Source of the DNA: a bacterium
GTDB lineage: Bacteria; UBA10199; 2-02-FULL-44-16; JAAZCA01
NCBI GenBank assembly: GCA_963674695.2
Contig: CAXXGI010000003.1
Coordinates: forward strand, 320,001-384,000
DNA: 64,000 nt
Direction: 5' to 3'
This document shows positions 18,654-26,928 of the stretch, piece after piece (within the stretch, counting starts at the first letter, position 1; every line of letters begins with the position of its first letter). The position numbers were made by a program, and so were the translations under genes. The notes beneath the pieces were generated by a model. It was not told where the DNA came from and ran no database searches. It saw only the letters and a list, made by a program, of their open reading frames with translations.

Positions 18654-20441
18654 ATGGGAAGCACATCCGATGTGGCAGCGAAAAGGTGTAATGGTGTGAA
18701 AAACCAAAACCAGTGCGAGCAGTATGTGGGCGACTGTGTGCGGCAAAAGCGGCTCCAGAAGGGGAAATCGAAGAAGGAGAAGGTCTTCGTCCTCGATCCG
18801 CCGGGGCCGGACGCGCGCGCCTATCGAACCTATTCCGAGTGCGTCAATGATGCCGACAATGTTGCGGCGAGCTTTCCTCCCGATCCGGATTGGTGCGCCG
18901 ATGCGGGCGATGCGGATTCCTGCGACGAACTGGTAGGATCCTGTGTCGAGCAGCGTAAAGCGGGGAAGAAGAAGTTCTTCCTCGATGCGGGCGAAGGGCT
19001 CACGATCAGCGCCCAATCCTTCGGTTCCTGTGTCAAGTGGGCCGGACGTCTTACGCGTCGCGCCCCGCAGGTGAAGAAGAAGGCGAAACAGGTCGTCGAG
19101 AAGAAGGACGAGACGGGGGTTCAAGAGAAGGGACAAAAAAAGGTCGAGGAGAAGCAAGTCGAGATTGGAACCCTCCCGAAGCCCGTCGCGAACTGGTCCA
19201 AGGTTCATTCCTCTCGGTATGATAGCGTTCCGGATCAGGAAGACGTCGATTACATCATGTCGTCGAGCTACAACGAAAAGAAAAAGAGCGGCGAGATCGT
19301 CGTCGTCATCGGCGGGAAGCCCAAGACATTCACGTCCAATCAAGCGGCCCAGAAGCTGGTGAAGCACTATGCGCGCAGAGAGCGCCTGGTGAAAAAGAAT
19401 TTTTCTAGCCGGATCGATTCGCTCCTGCAGGAGCTGATGCGGATTGGTACGAAGGTGAAGAAAAAACCCACATCGATGGAGAAGGATTCCGTCTATTATG
19501 AACGCACGCGCACTTCCGACAATGAGACGATCGAGGAGGTGCGCATTCTGGCCACCGGCCCGCGCGCCGTTCTGATCATGAAGGAAATGGCTGAACTCAA
19601 GGCGAAGCGGAATGCCTTGATCGGTCGTTTGCGTCAGGAATGTCTGAAGAAGATCATGGCACTGAAACTCAAGAAGGCGACGGTTGGGCAGAAGAGCGAC
19701 ACGGCCTTCGATGAAATGGAGGAGGAGGAGAAGAAGGCGCCGTCGCAGGAGCTTGCGCCCCAGGGTAAGGAGAAGAAAGCCCAAAAGGGTGAGGGCGTAC
19801 AGGCAGAGCCGAAGGCGGAACAGGAACCGGTGGTTCAGGTCATCAATAGGAGTATGCAGCATATTCCCCAGACGACGACGCTCCTCATCGCCAACGCGTT
19901 GGTGGAGGCAGGGTTCGAAGGCAAGGCGGAGCTGGTCGAGCATGTTCAGGATCAGGACAAGAAAAACGTTGATCGCTATTTCTCAATCGTCCTCACCGCA
20001 AAGGATGGGAGCCAGGGCGTATTGCTCCTTCCGGTCATCACGCATAAGCGTGGTTCAATATTCAGCGCGACCGATCTGGAGGGAGCGGTGGGCCAAGTGA
20101 TCGGTACGTGGAAGGCGACGATGGGCCCGGCCTCCTGCGCCAAGGGAAAGGTGCAGAATGCAACCTATATGCATATCGCGTCCGATGTGATGGTGGCGGC
20201 GAAGATTCAATGCCACCGCATGGGCTATGCCGGTGCCGTCACCATTGAAACCCTGATTCGCATAGAAGATGAGAAGCGATTTTCCACGATTCGCATCGTC
20301 GTCGAAGTGGAGAAGGGACAGCAGAAGGTTTTCTCCCTCAAACAGCGAGAGGGTTCGATCGATGCCAAGGGCTGGCGCGAAATCATCGAGGAGATCGGTG
20401 CACTCAAGAAGAGCGATGCCAAAACGCTGAAGAAAAAATAA
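18654..20441 (+). CDS. Lys/Glu-rich hypothetical protein with two N-terminal Cys-rich repeats
   Basis: AGGAGG SD before ATG 18654; long ORF; CEQYVGDCVRQ / CDELVGSCVEQ repeats. Confidence 0.8.
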   Translation: MGSTSDVAAKRCNGVKNQNQCEQYVGDCVRQKRLQKGKSKKEKVFVLDPPGPDARAYRTYSECVNDADNVAASFPPDPDWCADAGDADSCDELVGSCVEQRKAGKKKFFLDAGEGLTISAQSFGSCVKWAGRLTRRAPQVKKKAKQVVEKKDETGVQEKGQKKVEEKQVEIGTLPKPVANWSKVHSSRYDSVPDQEDVDYIMSSSYNEKKKSGEIVVVIGGKPKTFTSNQAAQKLVKHYARRERLVKKNFSSRIDSLLQELMRIGTKVKKKPTSMEKDSVYYERTRTSDNETIEEVRILATGPRAVLIMKEMAELKAKRNALIGRLRQECLKKIMALKLKKATVGQKSDTAFDEMEEEEKKAPSQELAPQGKEKKAQKGEGVQAEPKAEQEPVVQVINRSMQHIPQTTTLLIANALVEAGFEGKAELVEHVQDQDKKNVDRYFSIVLTAKDGSQGVLLLPVITHKRGSIFSATDLEGAVGQVIGTWKATMGPASCAKGKVQNATYMHIASDVMVAAKIQCHRMGYAGAVTIETLIRIEDEKRFSTIRIVVEVEKGQQKVFSLKQREGSIDAKGWREIIEEIGALKKSDAKTLKKK

Positions 20442-20480
20442 ATATTGATGGGCACCTCTAAAAACTGCCATTTCTCGCAT

Positions 20481-20549
20481 TGTCATCCTGAGCATAGCGA
20501 AGGATCTCCATGCAATTTCAGGGGATCCTTCGCTACGCTCAGGATGACA
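20481..20549. repeat. REP-like inverted repeat (TGTCATCCTGAGC...GCTCAGGATGACA)
   Basis: Two inverted arms of about 27 nt forming a long hairpin in an intergenic position. Confidence 0.75.
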
Positions 20550-20574
20550 ACAACAGGTTTGCCATCACTCTCAC

Positions 20575-20603
20575 GCGGGGTCCAGTCGGGCCCCGCTTTT
20601 TTT
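20575..20603 (+). terminator. Intrinsic terminator
   Basis: GCGGGGTCC-AGTC-GGGCCCCGC followed by T7. Confidence 0.75.
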
Positions 20604-20654
20604 GCCTTGCGCTCGAGTGGCGATCCTCGTTATCGACATGCGCAGGAGGCATCC

Positions 20655-21077
20655 ATGCATTCCATGACCAATCGAATCGAACGAACGATCCTCGCACGCG
20701 CTGAGCGCGGCGAGGATCTCTTTTTCTGCCTCACGCGGCTGGTCGAAGAAAACGATGTTCGCTGCGGTGCTCTGCAGGTCATCGGCGCGGTTGCGAAGGC
20801 CAAGCTCGGCATCTTTGAAGACGGACGCTACGAGTGGGTCGAACACGACGGTGCGCTCGAGATCGCTTCCTGCACGGGCAACGTCGCGCTCAAAGAGGGT
20901 GTGCCCTTCGTGCATGCGCATGCGGTGCTCACCGATCATCGGGGGACCGTGCTGGGCGGGCATGTGGGCGAGGGCTGCATCATCGATCCGACCGCCGAGA
21001 TCCACCTGCAGATCTGGGCCGATGAGGTCTCGCGCCGCCTGGATGAGGCGACGGGTTTGTGGCTGCTCGATATCTAA
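20655..21077 (+). CDS. PPC domain (DUF296) protein
   Basis: LEIASCTGNV, PFVHAHAVL, GGHV, TAEI; AGGAGG SD. Confidence 0.9.
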   Translation: MHSMTNRIERTILARAERGEDLFFCLTRLVEENDVRCGALQVIGAVAKAKLGIFEDGRYEWVEHDGALEIASCTGNVALKEGVPFVHAHAVLTDHRGTVLGGHVGEGCIIDPTAEIHLQIWADEVSRRLDEATGLWLLDI

Positions 21078-22750
21078 TCAATAAACTGTAGCACCTTCGC
21101 CGAGAGGATGCGGCCGTTGGGGTTTCCGGCCTCGACGGCGATGGCGGTTTCATCCGTCTTGAAATACCAGGCGAGCATCGGCTTGGTGATGGCGCGGTCC
21201 TTCCTCCCTGCGTTGAGCATCTTGGGCGAGAGGACGACGAGTTTTGCGCCCTTCGCCCCCAATTTCATGAGCGATTTTTTACACGTGGCGACGAGGCTGT
21301 GAATGGTGTTCGCCTCCACCGGTGCATCCTCGCGCCGCTTGAGATCCTCTTCGATGTTCGAGGTGACGGCATGCATCGCCTTGGCGAACGCCTTCTCCTT
21401 CGTGAGCCGCACCGTCTCGTCGAACGACCCCTGGGCGATCGGCAGCACGCCTTCGGTGTGCACGACGCCCTTCCGGTCGATCAGCTTTCCGTGCCCGAGG
21501 ACGGGCAGGGTGTAGGGCTTTCTCGTCTTTCGCGATTTCGTCTTCGTGACATAGAGCTGTTCTGCGACGCGCACCCGTCCCTCTCCCTTTACGACGCGCG
21601 GGTCCGCGCCGAGGATGACCGGCTTTGTAAACTGCATGCCGGCCAGCGTTGTGGGCTGCGCCTTGGGCGCGCCCATAAACTGTTCCATCCAGTCGAATTC
21701 GCGCACTTTCGCTTCAGCCTCGATCTCGCGCACAATGTCGTTCTGTCCGATGCCGAGTTGCGCGAGTTCGTCGAGCTCTCCAGCGGCGAAGAGCCCTTGG
21801 GTTCCCTTGACGACGGCGGGTTTGAAATCCGCAAAGGAAGGGGTGGGGACGATGTAGCTGTCGGCATGGGCGACGACCATCTTCAGGACCGCGATGCGCG
21901 CCATGACCCGGTTCTCGGGTGAACAGCGCCCCGTGCGTTTTTCGATGAGTCCTTCGATGCGCCCCATGAGCTTCCACCAGAAGCCGCTGTAGACCGTGCC
22001 GATGTGATGTGAATCGATATTCGGTTTCTTGACCGAAAAGATATCGCGGAACGTCGTCGTGTTGTTGCAGGTGCGCAGGCCCCTCGCTGTGCCGCGGTTG
22101 CGTCCCTTGAAGTAGCCGATATCCTCGGCGATCTGAGCGTCGCCGTGGATGAGCGCGGCGATGGCGTCGGCGCACCCCTCGTGGATGGCCAGCCCCGCCC
22201 CCAGAAAGGTGTCGGCCAGCTTCTTGTTGATCATGTCGATCACCCAATGGCCGGTCTCGTGCAAAACGATGTCGCCGTCGGAGGCAAAGGCGTTGCCGAA
22301 CGAGAGATCCTCGTCGGAGGGCATATAGAAGGCGTTGTTGAAGTTCGGAATGTTGATCGCCGCCGGAAGGGGCCCGCTATGGCGATCGCGCATATACCGG
22401 AGGAAGTGCATGTCGAGCCCGACGCGATCGCTCATGAAGCGGATGAAGGTGTCGAGTTCGTGATAGACCTGGCGATGACTGAAACAGGGGTTGCGCGTGA
22501 CGCCGTCGGCTTGGAAAGGAGGGCAGGTGAAGAGATTCGCCCAGGGCTGCACGTCGTTGACGCAGACGTTGTCGCCGCACATCGCCGTTGCCCCCTTGGG
22601 CAGCGTGATCTCGACCTCGCGCGTGATGCCGAGCGAGCGCCCCTCGCGCTTGGCGCGATCAACAGCCTGCTTGCTCGAATAGTAGTTTTCCTTCTGCCAG
22701 ACGGTGACTCTGTGGTGGCAGACATTTCCTTCGCAGCGCATGGAACCCAT
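21074..22750 (-). CDS. M4/M36-like zinc metalloprotease with apparent C-terminal FTP/PepSY-like region
   Basis: NNAFY, DIVLHETGH (HExxH), AIHEGCAD (third Zn ligand), DSHHIG; AAGGAGG SD before ATG 22750. Confidence 0.85.
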   Translation of the reverse strand: MGSMRCEGNVCHHRVTVWQKENYYSSKQAVDRAKREGRSLGITREVEITLPKGATAMCGDNVCVNDVQPWANLFTCPPFQADGVTRNPCFSHRQVYHELDTFIRFMSDRVGLDMHFLRYMRDRHSGPLPAAINIPNFNNAFYMPSDEDLSFGNAFASDGDIVLHETGHWVIDMINKKLADTFLGAGLAIHEGCADAIAALIHGDAQIAEDIGYFKGRNRGTARGLRTCNNTTTFRDIFSVKKPNIDSHHIGTVYSGFWWKLMGRIEGLIEKRTGRCSPENRVMARIAVLKMVVAHADSYIVPTPSFADFKPAVVKGTQGLFAAGELDELAQLGIGQNDIVREIEAEAKVREFDWMEQFMGAPKAQPTTLAGMQFTKPVILGADPRVVKGEGRVRVAEQLYVTKTKSRKTRKPYTLPVLGHGKLIDRKGVVHTEGVLPIAQGSFDETVRLTKEKAFAKAMHAVTSNIEEDLKRREDAPVEANTIHSLVATCKKSLMKLGAKGAKLVVLSPKMLNAGRKDRAITKPMLAWYFKTDETAIAVEAGNPNGRILSAKVLQFID

Positions 22751-22773
22751 GAGGTGTTCCCTCCTTTGCCCCC

Positions 22774-22800
22774 TTATCGCTTCTTCTCGCAAAATGTTGC
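22774..22800 (-). promoter_or_regulatory. Putative sigma28-like promoter GCAA-N15-AGCGATAA
   Basis: Shared orphan-gene motif; supports the start at 22750. Confidence 0.6.
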
Positions 22801-22892
22801 GTGAAGAGTCAACCCTGGCCATTTTTTGTGGCGCCAGGGGAGGCGCCGGAAAAGCTTGATTTATCAGGTGGTTCTGCTAGGACGCTGCAGCG

Positions 22893-23507
22893 ATGAATCA
22901 TATTGCCCCCAATCCTGTGACCTCGTTTCGGCCCGAATCGATCTCGCCCTGCATCGATCCGAGCGCATTCGTCCATTCGCTGGCCGCCGTGATCGGCGAT
23001 GTGACCGTTGGCGCCGAGGTCTTTGTCGCCCCCGGGGCATCCCTGCGCGCCGATGAAGGCTCGCCGTTTTTCTTCGGCGCGCGCTGCAACGTGCAGGACG
23101 GCGTCATCGCGCATGCGCTCGAGACGCATGGCGAACATTTCGAACAGAATACGTTTGAGGTGGAGGGGAAGCGCTACGCCATCTTCGTGGGCAAACAGGT
23201 TTCTCTTGCTCATCAGTGTCAGCTGCATGGGCCGGTCGTGGTCGAAGACGACGCCTTCATCGGCATGCAGGCTTTTCTCTTTCGTTCTCGCGTGGGCCGC
23301 GGTTGTGTGGTGGAGCCGGGTGCTCGGCTTATCGGTGTCACGGTCGCGCCGGGACGGTATGTATCGGCTGGAATGGTTGTCGCCACGCAGGAAGCGGCCG
23401 ATGCCCTTGGCGTGATCGATGAGACCTATCCGCTGCGCGCGCTCAATGCGGGGGTGGTCGAAGTGAACACGGAACTGGCAAGAGCGTATAAGAACCGTGA
23501 CTCGTAA
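22893..23507 (+). CDS. Gamma-class carbonic anhydrase (Cam/CcmM N-terminal-like)
   Basis: Hexapeptide repeats, LRADEG, NVQDGVIAHAL, SLAHQCQLHGP (Zn-binding His). Confidence 0.9.
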   Translation: MNHIAPNPVTSFRPESISPCIDPSAFVHSLAAVIGDVTVGAEVFVAPGASLRADEGSPFFFGARCNVQDGVIAHALETHGEHFEQNTFEVEGKRYAIFVGKQVSLAHQCQLHGPVVVEDDAFIGMQAFLFRSRVGRGCVVEPGARLIGVTVAPGRYVSAGMVVATQEAADALGVIDETYPLRALNAGVVEVNTELARAYKNRDS

Positions 23508-23577
23508 CTCGTCATGCTATGCGAGTCACGAGTCACGAGTCACGAGTTACGAGTCACGAGTTACGAGTCACGAGTCA
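23496..23577. repeat. 7-mer tandem array (CGAGTYA)x8 with short inverted arm
   Basis: 8 units at 23522-23577, the last A being the A of the der ATG; inverted copies at 23496-23512. Confidence 0.9.
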
Positions 23578-24881
23578 TGCATCCTATCGTCGCCATCGTC
23601 GGTCGCCCAAATGTGGGCAAATCCAGGCTCTTCAATCGCCTGATCGGGCAGTCGCGCGCGATTGTCGCCGATGTGGCGGGGGTCACCCGCGATCGGCACT
23701 ATGCGCCCGCGGAGTGGGCCGGCCGCGAGTTCATCGTCGTCGACACGGGGGGGCTGGAGTTCGATCCCTCCTTTGATCTCGAGCACGCCGTCTCCCGACA
23801 GAGCCTGCGCGCGGTCGAAGAGGCCGATATCATCGTCTGTCTCTTCGACGGGCAGCAGGATGAACCGGCGGTGGCCGATCGTGAGGTGGTGCAGGAGCTG
23901 CGGCGCTGCGGCAAACCCGTGGTCTTTGTCGTCAACAAGATCGACGAGGTCGTGCACGAGGATCGGTTGCAGTCCTATTCGACGTTTGGTCTCGATTCGC
24001 TCATCGGTGTCTCGGCGGAACATGGCCGCAATATCGGCGATCTGCTCGATGCGATTACGGCGTTCTTTCCCGAACCATCTGGCGTGGTCGATGAAGAGGA
24101 TGACGATCTGCGCGTGGCCGTGGTGGGGCGCCCGAACGTGGGCAAGTCGACCATCATCAATCGTTTGGCCGGCGATGAACGCGTGGTCGCTCACGAGATG
24201 TCCGGAACGACGCGCGACGCGATCGATGTCGAAATCGATTTCGAGGGAACGCAATACGTCTTCATCGACACGGCGGGCGTCAAACGTCGCCTGAAAAACG
24301 CGGAGAAGCTTGAGCGCTTCACGGCGATGCGCAGCCTTCGAGCGGTCGATCGGGCGAATGTGATTTGCCAGCTCATCGATGTGGGCGAAGGGCTCACAAA
24401 ACAGGATTTGCATCTGGCGGGGTTCGTGCGCGAAGAGGGCAAGGGGCTCATCCTCCTCGCGAACAAGTGGGATCTCGTGGGGGGCGACTGGAAGGAATAT
24501 GAGGCGGATCTGCGCTATCGCCTGGGCGAATTCAAGGACGTGCCGATCCTGCCCGTCTCGGCCAAGACCGGTTTTGGATGCCTCAAAATTTTCACCGCGA
24601 TCGATCGCGTGGCCAAGGCGCTGGCTGCGACGATTTCAACCTCCGAGCTCAATCGCATCGTCGAGCATGCGCTCCAAGAACATCATCTGCCGGTCTTTCG
24701 GGGGAAACAGGTCAACATCAAGTACGCCACCCAGGTGGGCACCCATCCGCCGACCATCGCGCTCTTTGCGAACTATCCTGCAGCTGTCCCCTATACCTAC
24801 CGACGCTACCTCATCAAACGCCTGCAGGAAGCCATGAACGCGCAGGAAGTCCCCGTCCGCGTGGTGTGTAAGCGGAAGTGA
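23577..24881 (+). CDS. der: Ribosome biogenesis GTPase Der (EngA)
   Basis: Two GRPNVGKS G-domains, GVTRDR, GTTRDAID, DTAG, C-terminal KH-like domain. Confidence 0.97.
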   Translation: MHPIVAIVGRPNVGKSRLFNRLIGQSRAIVADVAGVTRDRHYAPAEWAGREFIVVDTGGLEFDPSFDLEHAVSRQSLRAVEEADIIVCLFDGQQDEPAVADREVVQELRRCGKPVVFVVNKIDEVVHEDRLQSYSTFGLDSLIGVSAEHGRNIGDLLDAITAFFPEPSGVVDEEDDDLRVAVVGRPNVGKSTIINRLAGDERVVAHEMSGTTRDAIDVEIDFEGTQYVFIDTAGVKRRLKNAEKLERFTAMRSLRAVDRANVICQLIDVGEGLTKQDLHLAGFVREEGKGLILLANKWDLVGGDWKEYEADLRYRLGEFKDVPILPVSAKTGFGCLKIFTAIDRVAKALAATISTSELNRIVEHALQEHHLPVFRGKQVNIKYATQVGTHPPTIALFANYPAAVPYTYRRYLIKRLQEAMNAQEVPVRVVCKRK

Positions 24882-24924
24882 CTTTGAGTGTCTAAATAGA
24901 GCCCATCAGAAAAAGGGTTGTTGC

Positions 24925-24951
24925 TGTCATTCCCGCGAAGGCGGGAATCTC
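24925..24951. repeat. REP-like palindrome TGTCATTCCCGCGAAGGCGGGAATCTC
   Basis: ATTCCC-N8-GGGAAT core; repeated elsewhere in the window. Confidence 0.75.
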
Positions 24952-25011
24952 GATGTACTTGAACACCGATACGCCATTCCTACATTGTTTCTGAATTCGA
25001 TTGACAACCGC

Positions 25012-25038
25012 GCAACATATTTTCTATAGCGTCGATAC
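25012..25038 (+). promoter_or_regulatory. Putative sigma28-like promoter GCAA-N15-GTCGATAC
   Basis: Shared orphan-gene motif; spacer begins CATATT as at 2647. Confidence 0.6.
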
Positions 25039-25086
25039 AGAGAGCACACATCAGAGCGGCGAGGAAGATCTGCCAAGGAGGGGAAA

Positions 25087-25977
25087 ATGGTCGGGACGCT
25101 TTCAGCAGCGAATTTTTTTCAGGCGGCGGCGATGTATGAATTCCCCATCGACACCCTGCCGCAAGTCCCGGCTTGTTCTGGAGACGAATTGCAACAGGTC
25201 CTCTTCGATCCGAGCGATGTGAGCGTTGTTGCGGATCTTGCGGATGGTATGGTTGGTGTCGCTCGCGAGATGGGGCCGGGGGATGGCTATTCCGTTGTGG
25301 AGGAGGGGGGCTCGCATGCATTGACAATCATGGGATCAACGCCGGGACAGCGCGTCGTCCTCTCGCAGGTTGATGGTCGTGGCACGGCGATCGATTGGCA
25401 CCTTGAGGCGCCGAGCATCGGGGCGGCGCTGCTCTATCAGATCGTCATGCCGTATGGAATACTGTCCTATCGCCATGCACGCGTGCAGCTGCCGGAGTTG
25501 GCGATGCCGCGCTTTCTGCGCGGTGCGGTTGAGGCGATCCTTGCCGATCCGGCGCGTTATCCTCAGGAGCGCATCGCTCTGTTTCAGAATGAGGAGCCCT
25601 GGCTGCCGCTGATCTTCGGGCAGGAGGAGGGGCATATCTCCATCGATTGGAATTCCTCGCGTGTTATTCCGGACCGCGTGCGCGATCAGAATGTTTCATT
25701 CGAGCTCCTGCGACCGATGACCGTGCCGACGATCAGCCGGGAGAATGCGGTGGGGGTGATGACGAAAGCCCCGGCGACGATGCCGTCGCTGACGATCTTT
25801 GCCGGACGGGATGGCCGTTATACCGTCGAGATCGCTGATGCGTTTGAAGGGGGCGACGGTCCGGCAGATGCCCTCACGATGTCGGCCCCCTTCAACGCCT
25901 TCTGGGCAAGCGCCGCCCGCGCGGCCAACTTCGCCAACGCGCCCAAGGGGGGCGGTGGGCATACGCATATCGGTTGA
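25087..25977 (+). CDS. Hypothetical protein, paralog of 2719..3744
   Basis: AAGGAGG SD; shared motifs with 2719 along its length. Confidence 0.8.
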   Translation: MVGTLSAANFFQAAAMYEFPIDTLPQVPACSGDELQQVLFDPSDVSVVADLADGMVGVAREMGPGDGYSVVEEGGSHALTIMGSTPGQRVVLSQVDGRGTAIDWHLEAPSIGAALLYQIVMPYGILSYRHARVQLPELAMPRFLRGAVEAILADPARYPQERIALFQNEEPWLPLIFGQEEGHISIDWNSSRVIPDRVRDQNVSFELLRPMTVPTISRENAVGVMTKAPATMPSLTIFAGRDGRYTVEIADAFEGGDGPADALTMSAPFNAFWASAARAANFANAPKGGGGHTHIG

Positions 25978-26081
25978 TTCGACCTGCGTACCTGCGTATC
26001 GCCTGACCTTTCAACCCATTGAAATTATTTCATATTTATGCCCTGCTGCTGCCAGTAGGACGGTTATTGTAATTCAATAAC

Positions 26082-26111
26082 TGGACATATTCTGTCCACG
26101 TGCCGTATTAT
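26082..26111 (+). promoter_or_regulatory. Promoter with palindromic operator TGGACA-tattc-TGTCCA upstream of abiEi
   Basis: TGGACA-18-TATTAT with an inverted repeat over the -35 box; AbiEi proteins autorepress via promoter inverted repeats. Confidence 0.55.
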
Positions 26112-26118
26112 TAGAACC

Positions 26119-26928
26119 ATGGCAGAGATACGGAACATCCAGTCGGTGACCGATTTTATCGAAGCCCTCCAGCGCAGAGGAAGCTATTCATTTACGCGGG
26201 CGCAGGTTCGGGATGCACTCTCGATGAGCGATGCGACGCTGACCAAAGCCCTCCAGCGTCTCCGTCGGGATCGGCGTGTCATGACCATCCGTCGGGGTGG
26301 ATTCTATGTGATCGTTCCGCTGGAATATCAGGACAGCGGTTCCGTTCCGGTCGATTGGTATATCGACGCCTTCATGCGATCCATCGACATGCCCTATTAT
26401 GTGGGCCTGCTTACCGCCGCGCAATATCACGGTGCGGCGCATCAGCGTCCACAGGCGTTTCAGGTGATCGTTCCCGCCCATGTGCGAGATGTGCAAACGC
26501 CGGGGGTGCGCATCCGTTTCTTTCAGAAAAAGCGGATGGATCTCGTTTGCACGCAGCCGATGCGAACGCATACCGGAGACATTCCGATTTCGACGCCTGC
26601 CTGGACGGCGATCGACCTCGTTCGTTTTTCGCGCAGGATCGGCGGCCTCGATGCCGTTGCGACGATCGTGCGCGAGCTCGCCGAACGAATCGAGCCTCAT
26701 GCCCTGGTGGAAGCGGCGGGCATCGAGCCCGAACGGGCCCATCTTCAGCGGCTTGGTTGGATTCTGGATGCAGTCGGTTTTCATTCGACGGCTGATTCCC
26801 TCGCTGGCTGGCTTGCATCACACGAACCAGGCAAGGTGTTGCTCGACCGATATGCTCCCTGTCGCGGCGCACATCGGGATCATCGCTGGCAGGTGATGGT
26901 CAATACGGAACTGGAGGTCGACCGGTGA
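26119..26928 (+). CDS. abiEi: Type IV toxin-antitoxin antitoxin, AbiEi family
   Basis: N-terminal wHTH, GFYVIVPLEY, YYVGLLTAAQYHGAAHQRPQ, STPAWTAIDL, LQRLGW, RWQV. Confidence 0.9.
   Translation: MAEIRNIQSVTDFIEALQRRGSYSFTRAQVRDALSMSDATLTKALQRLRRDRRVMTIRRGGFYVIVPLEYQDSGSVPVDWYIDAFMRSIDMPYYVGLLTAAQYHGAAHQRPQAFQVIVPAHVRDVQTPGVRIRFFQKKRMDLVCTQPMRTHTGDIPISTPAWTAIDLVRFSRRIGGLDAVATIVRELAERIEPHALVEAAGIEPERAHLQRLGWILDAVGFHSTADSLAGWLASHEPGKVLLDRYAPCRGAHRDHRWQVMVNTELEVDR

Noticed and set aside
20445-20654. N-terminal extension of the DUF296 ORF
   Set aside because: It is a translation of the REP hairpin and terminator; the real start with an SD is at 20655
22751-22822. Longer start for the metalloprotease
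   Set aside because: It overlaps the putative promoter; a strong SD precedes ATG 22750
22893-23507. Carboxysome (ccmM) locus
   Set aside because: Only the gamma-CA domain is present, with no RbcS-like repeats, shell or RuBisCO genes
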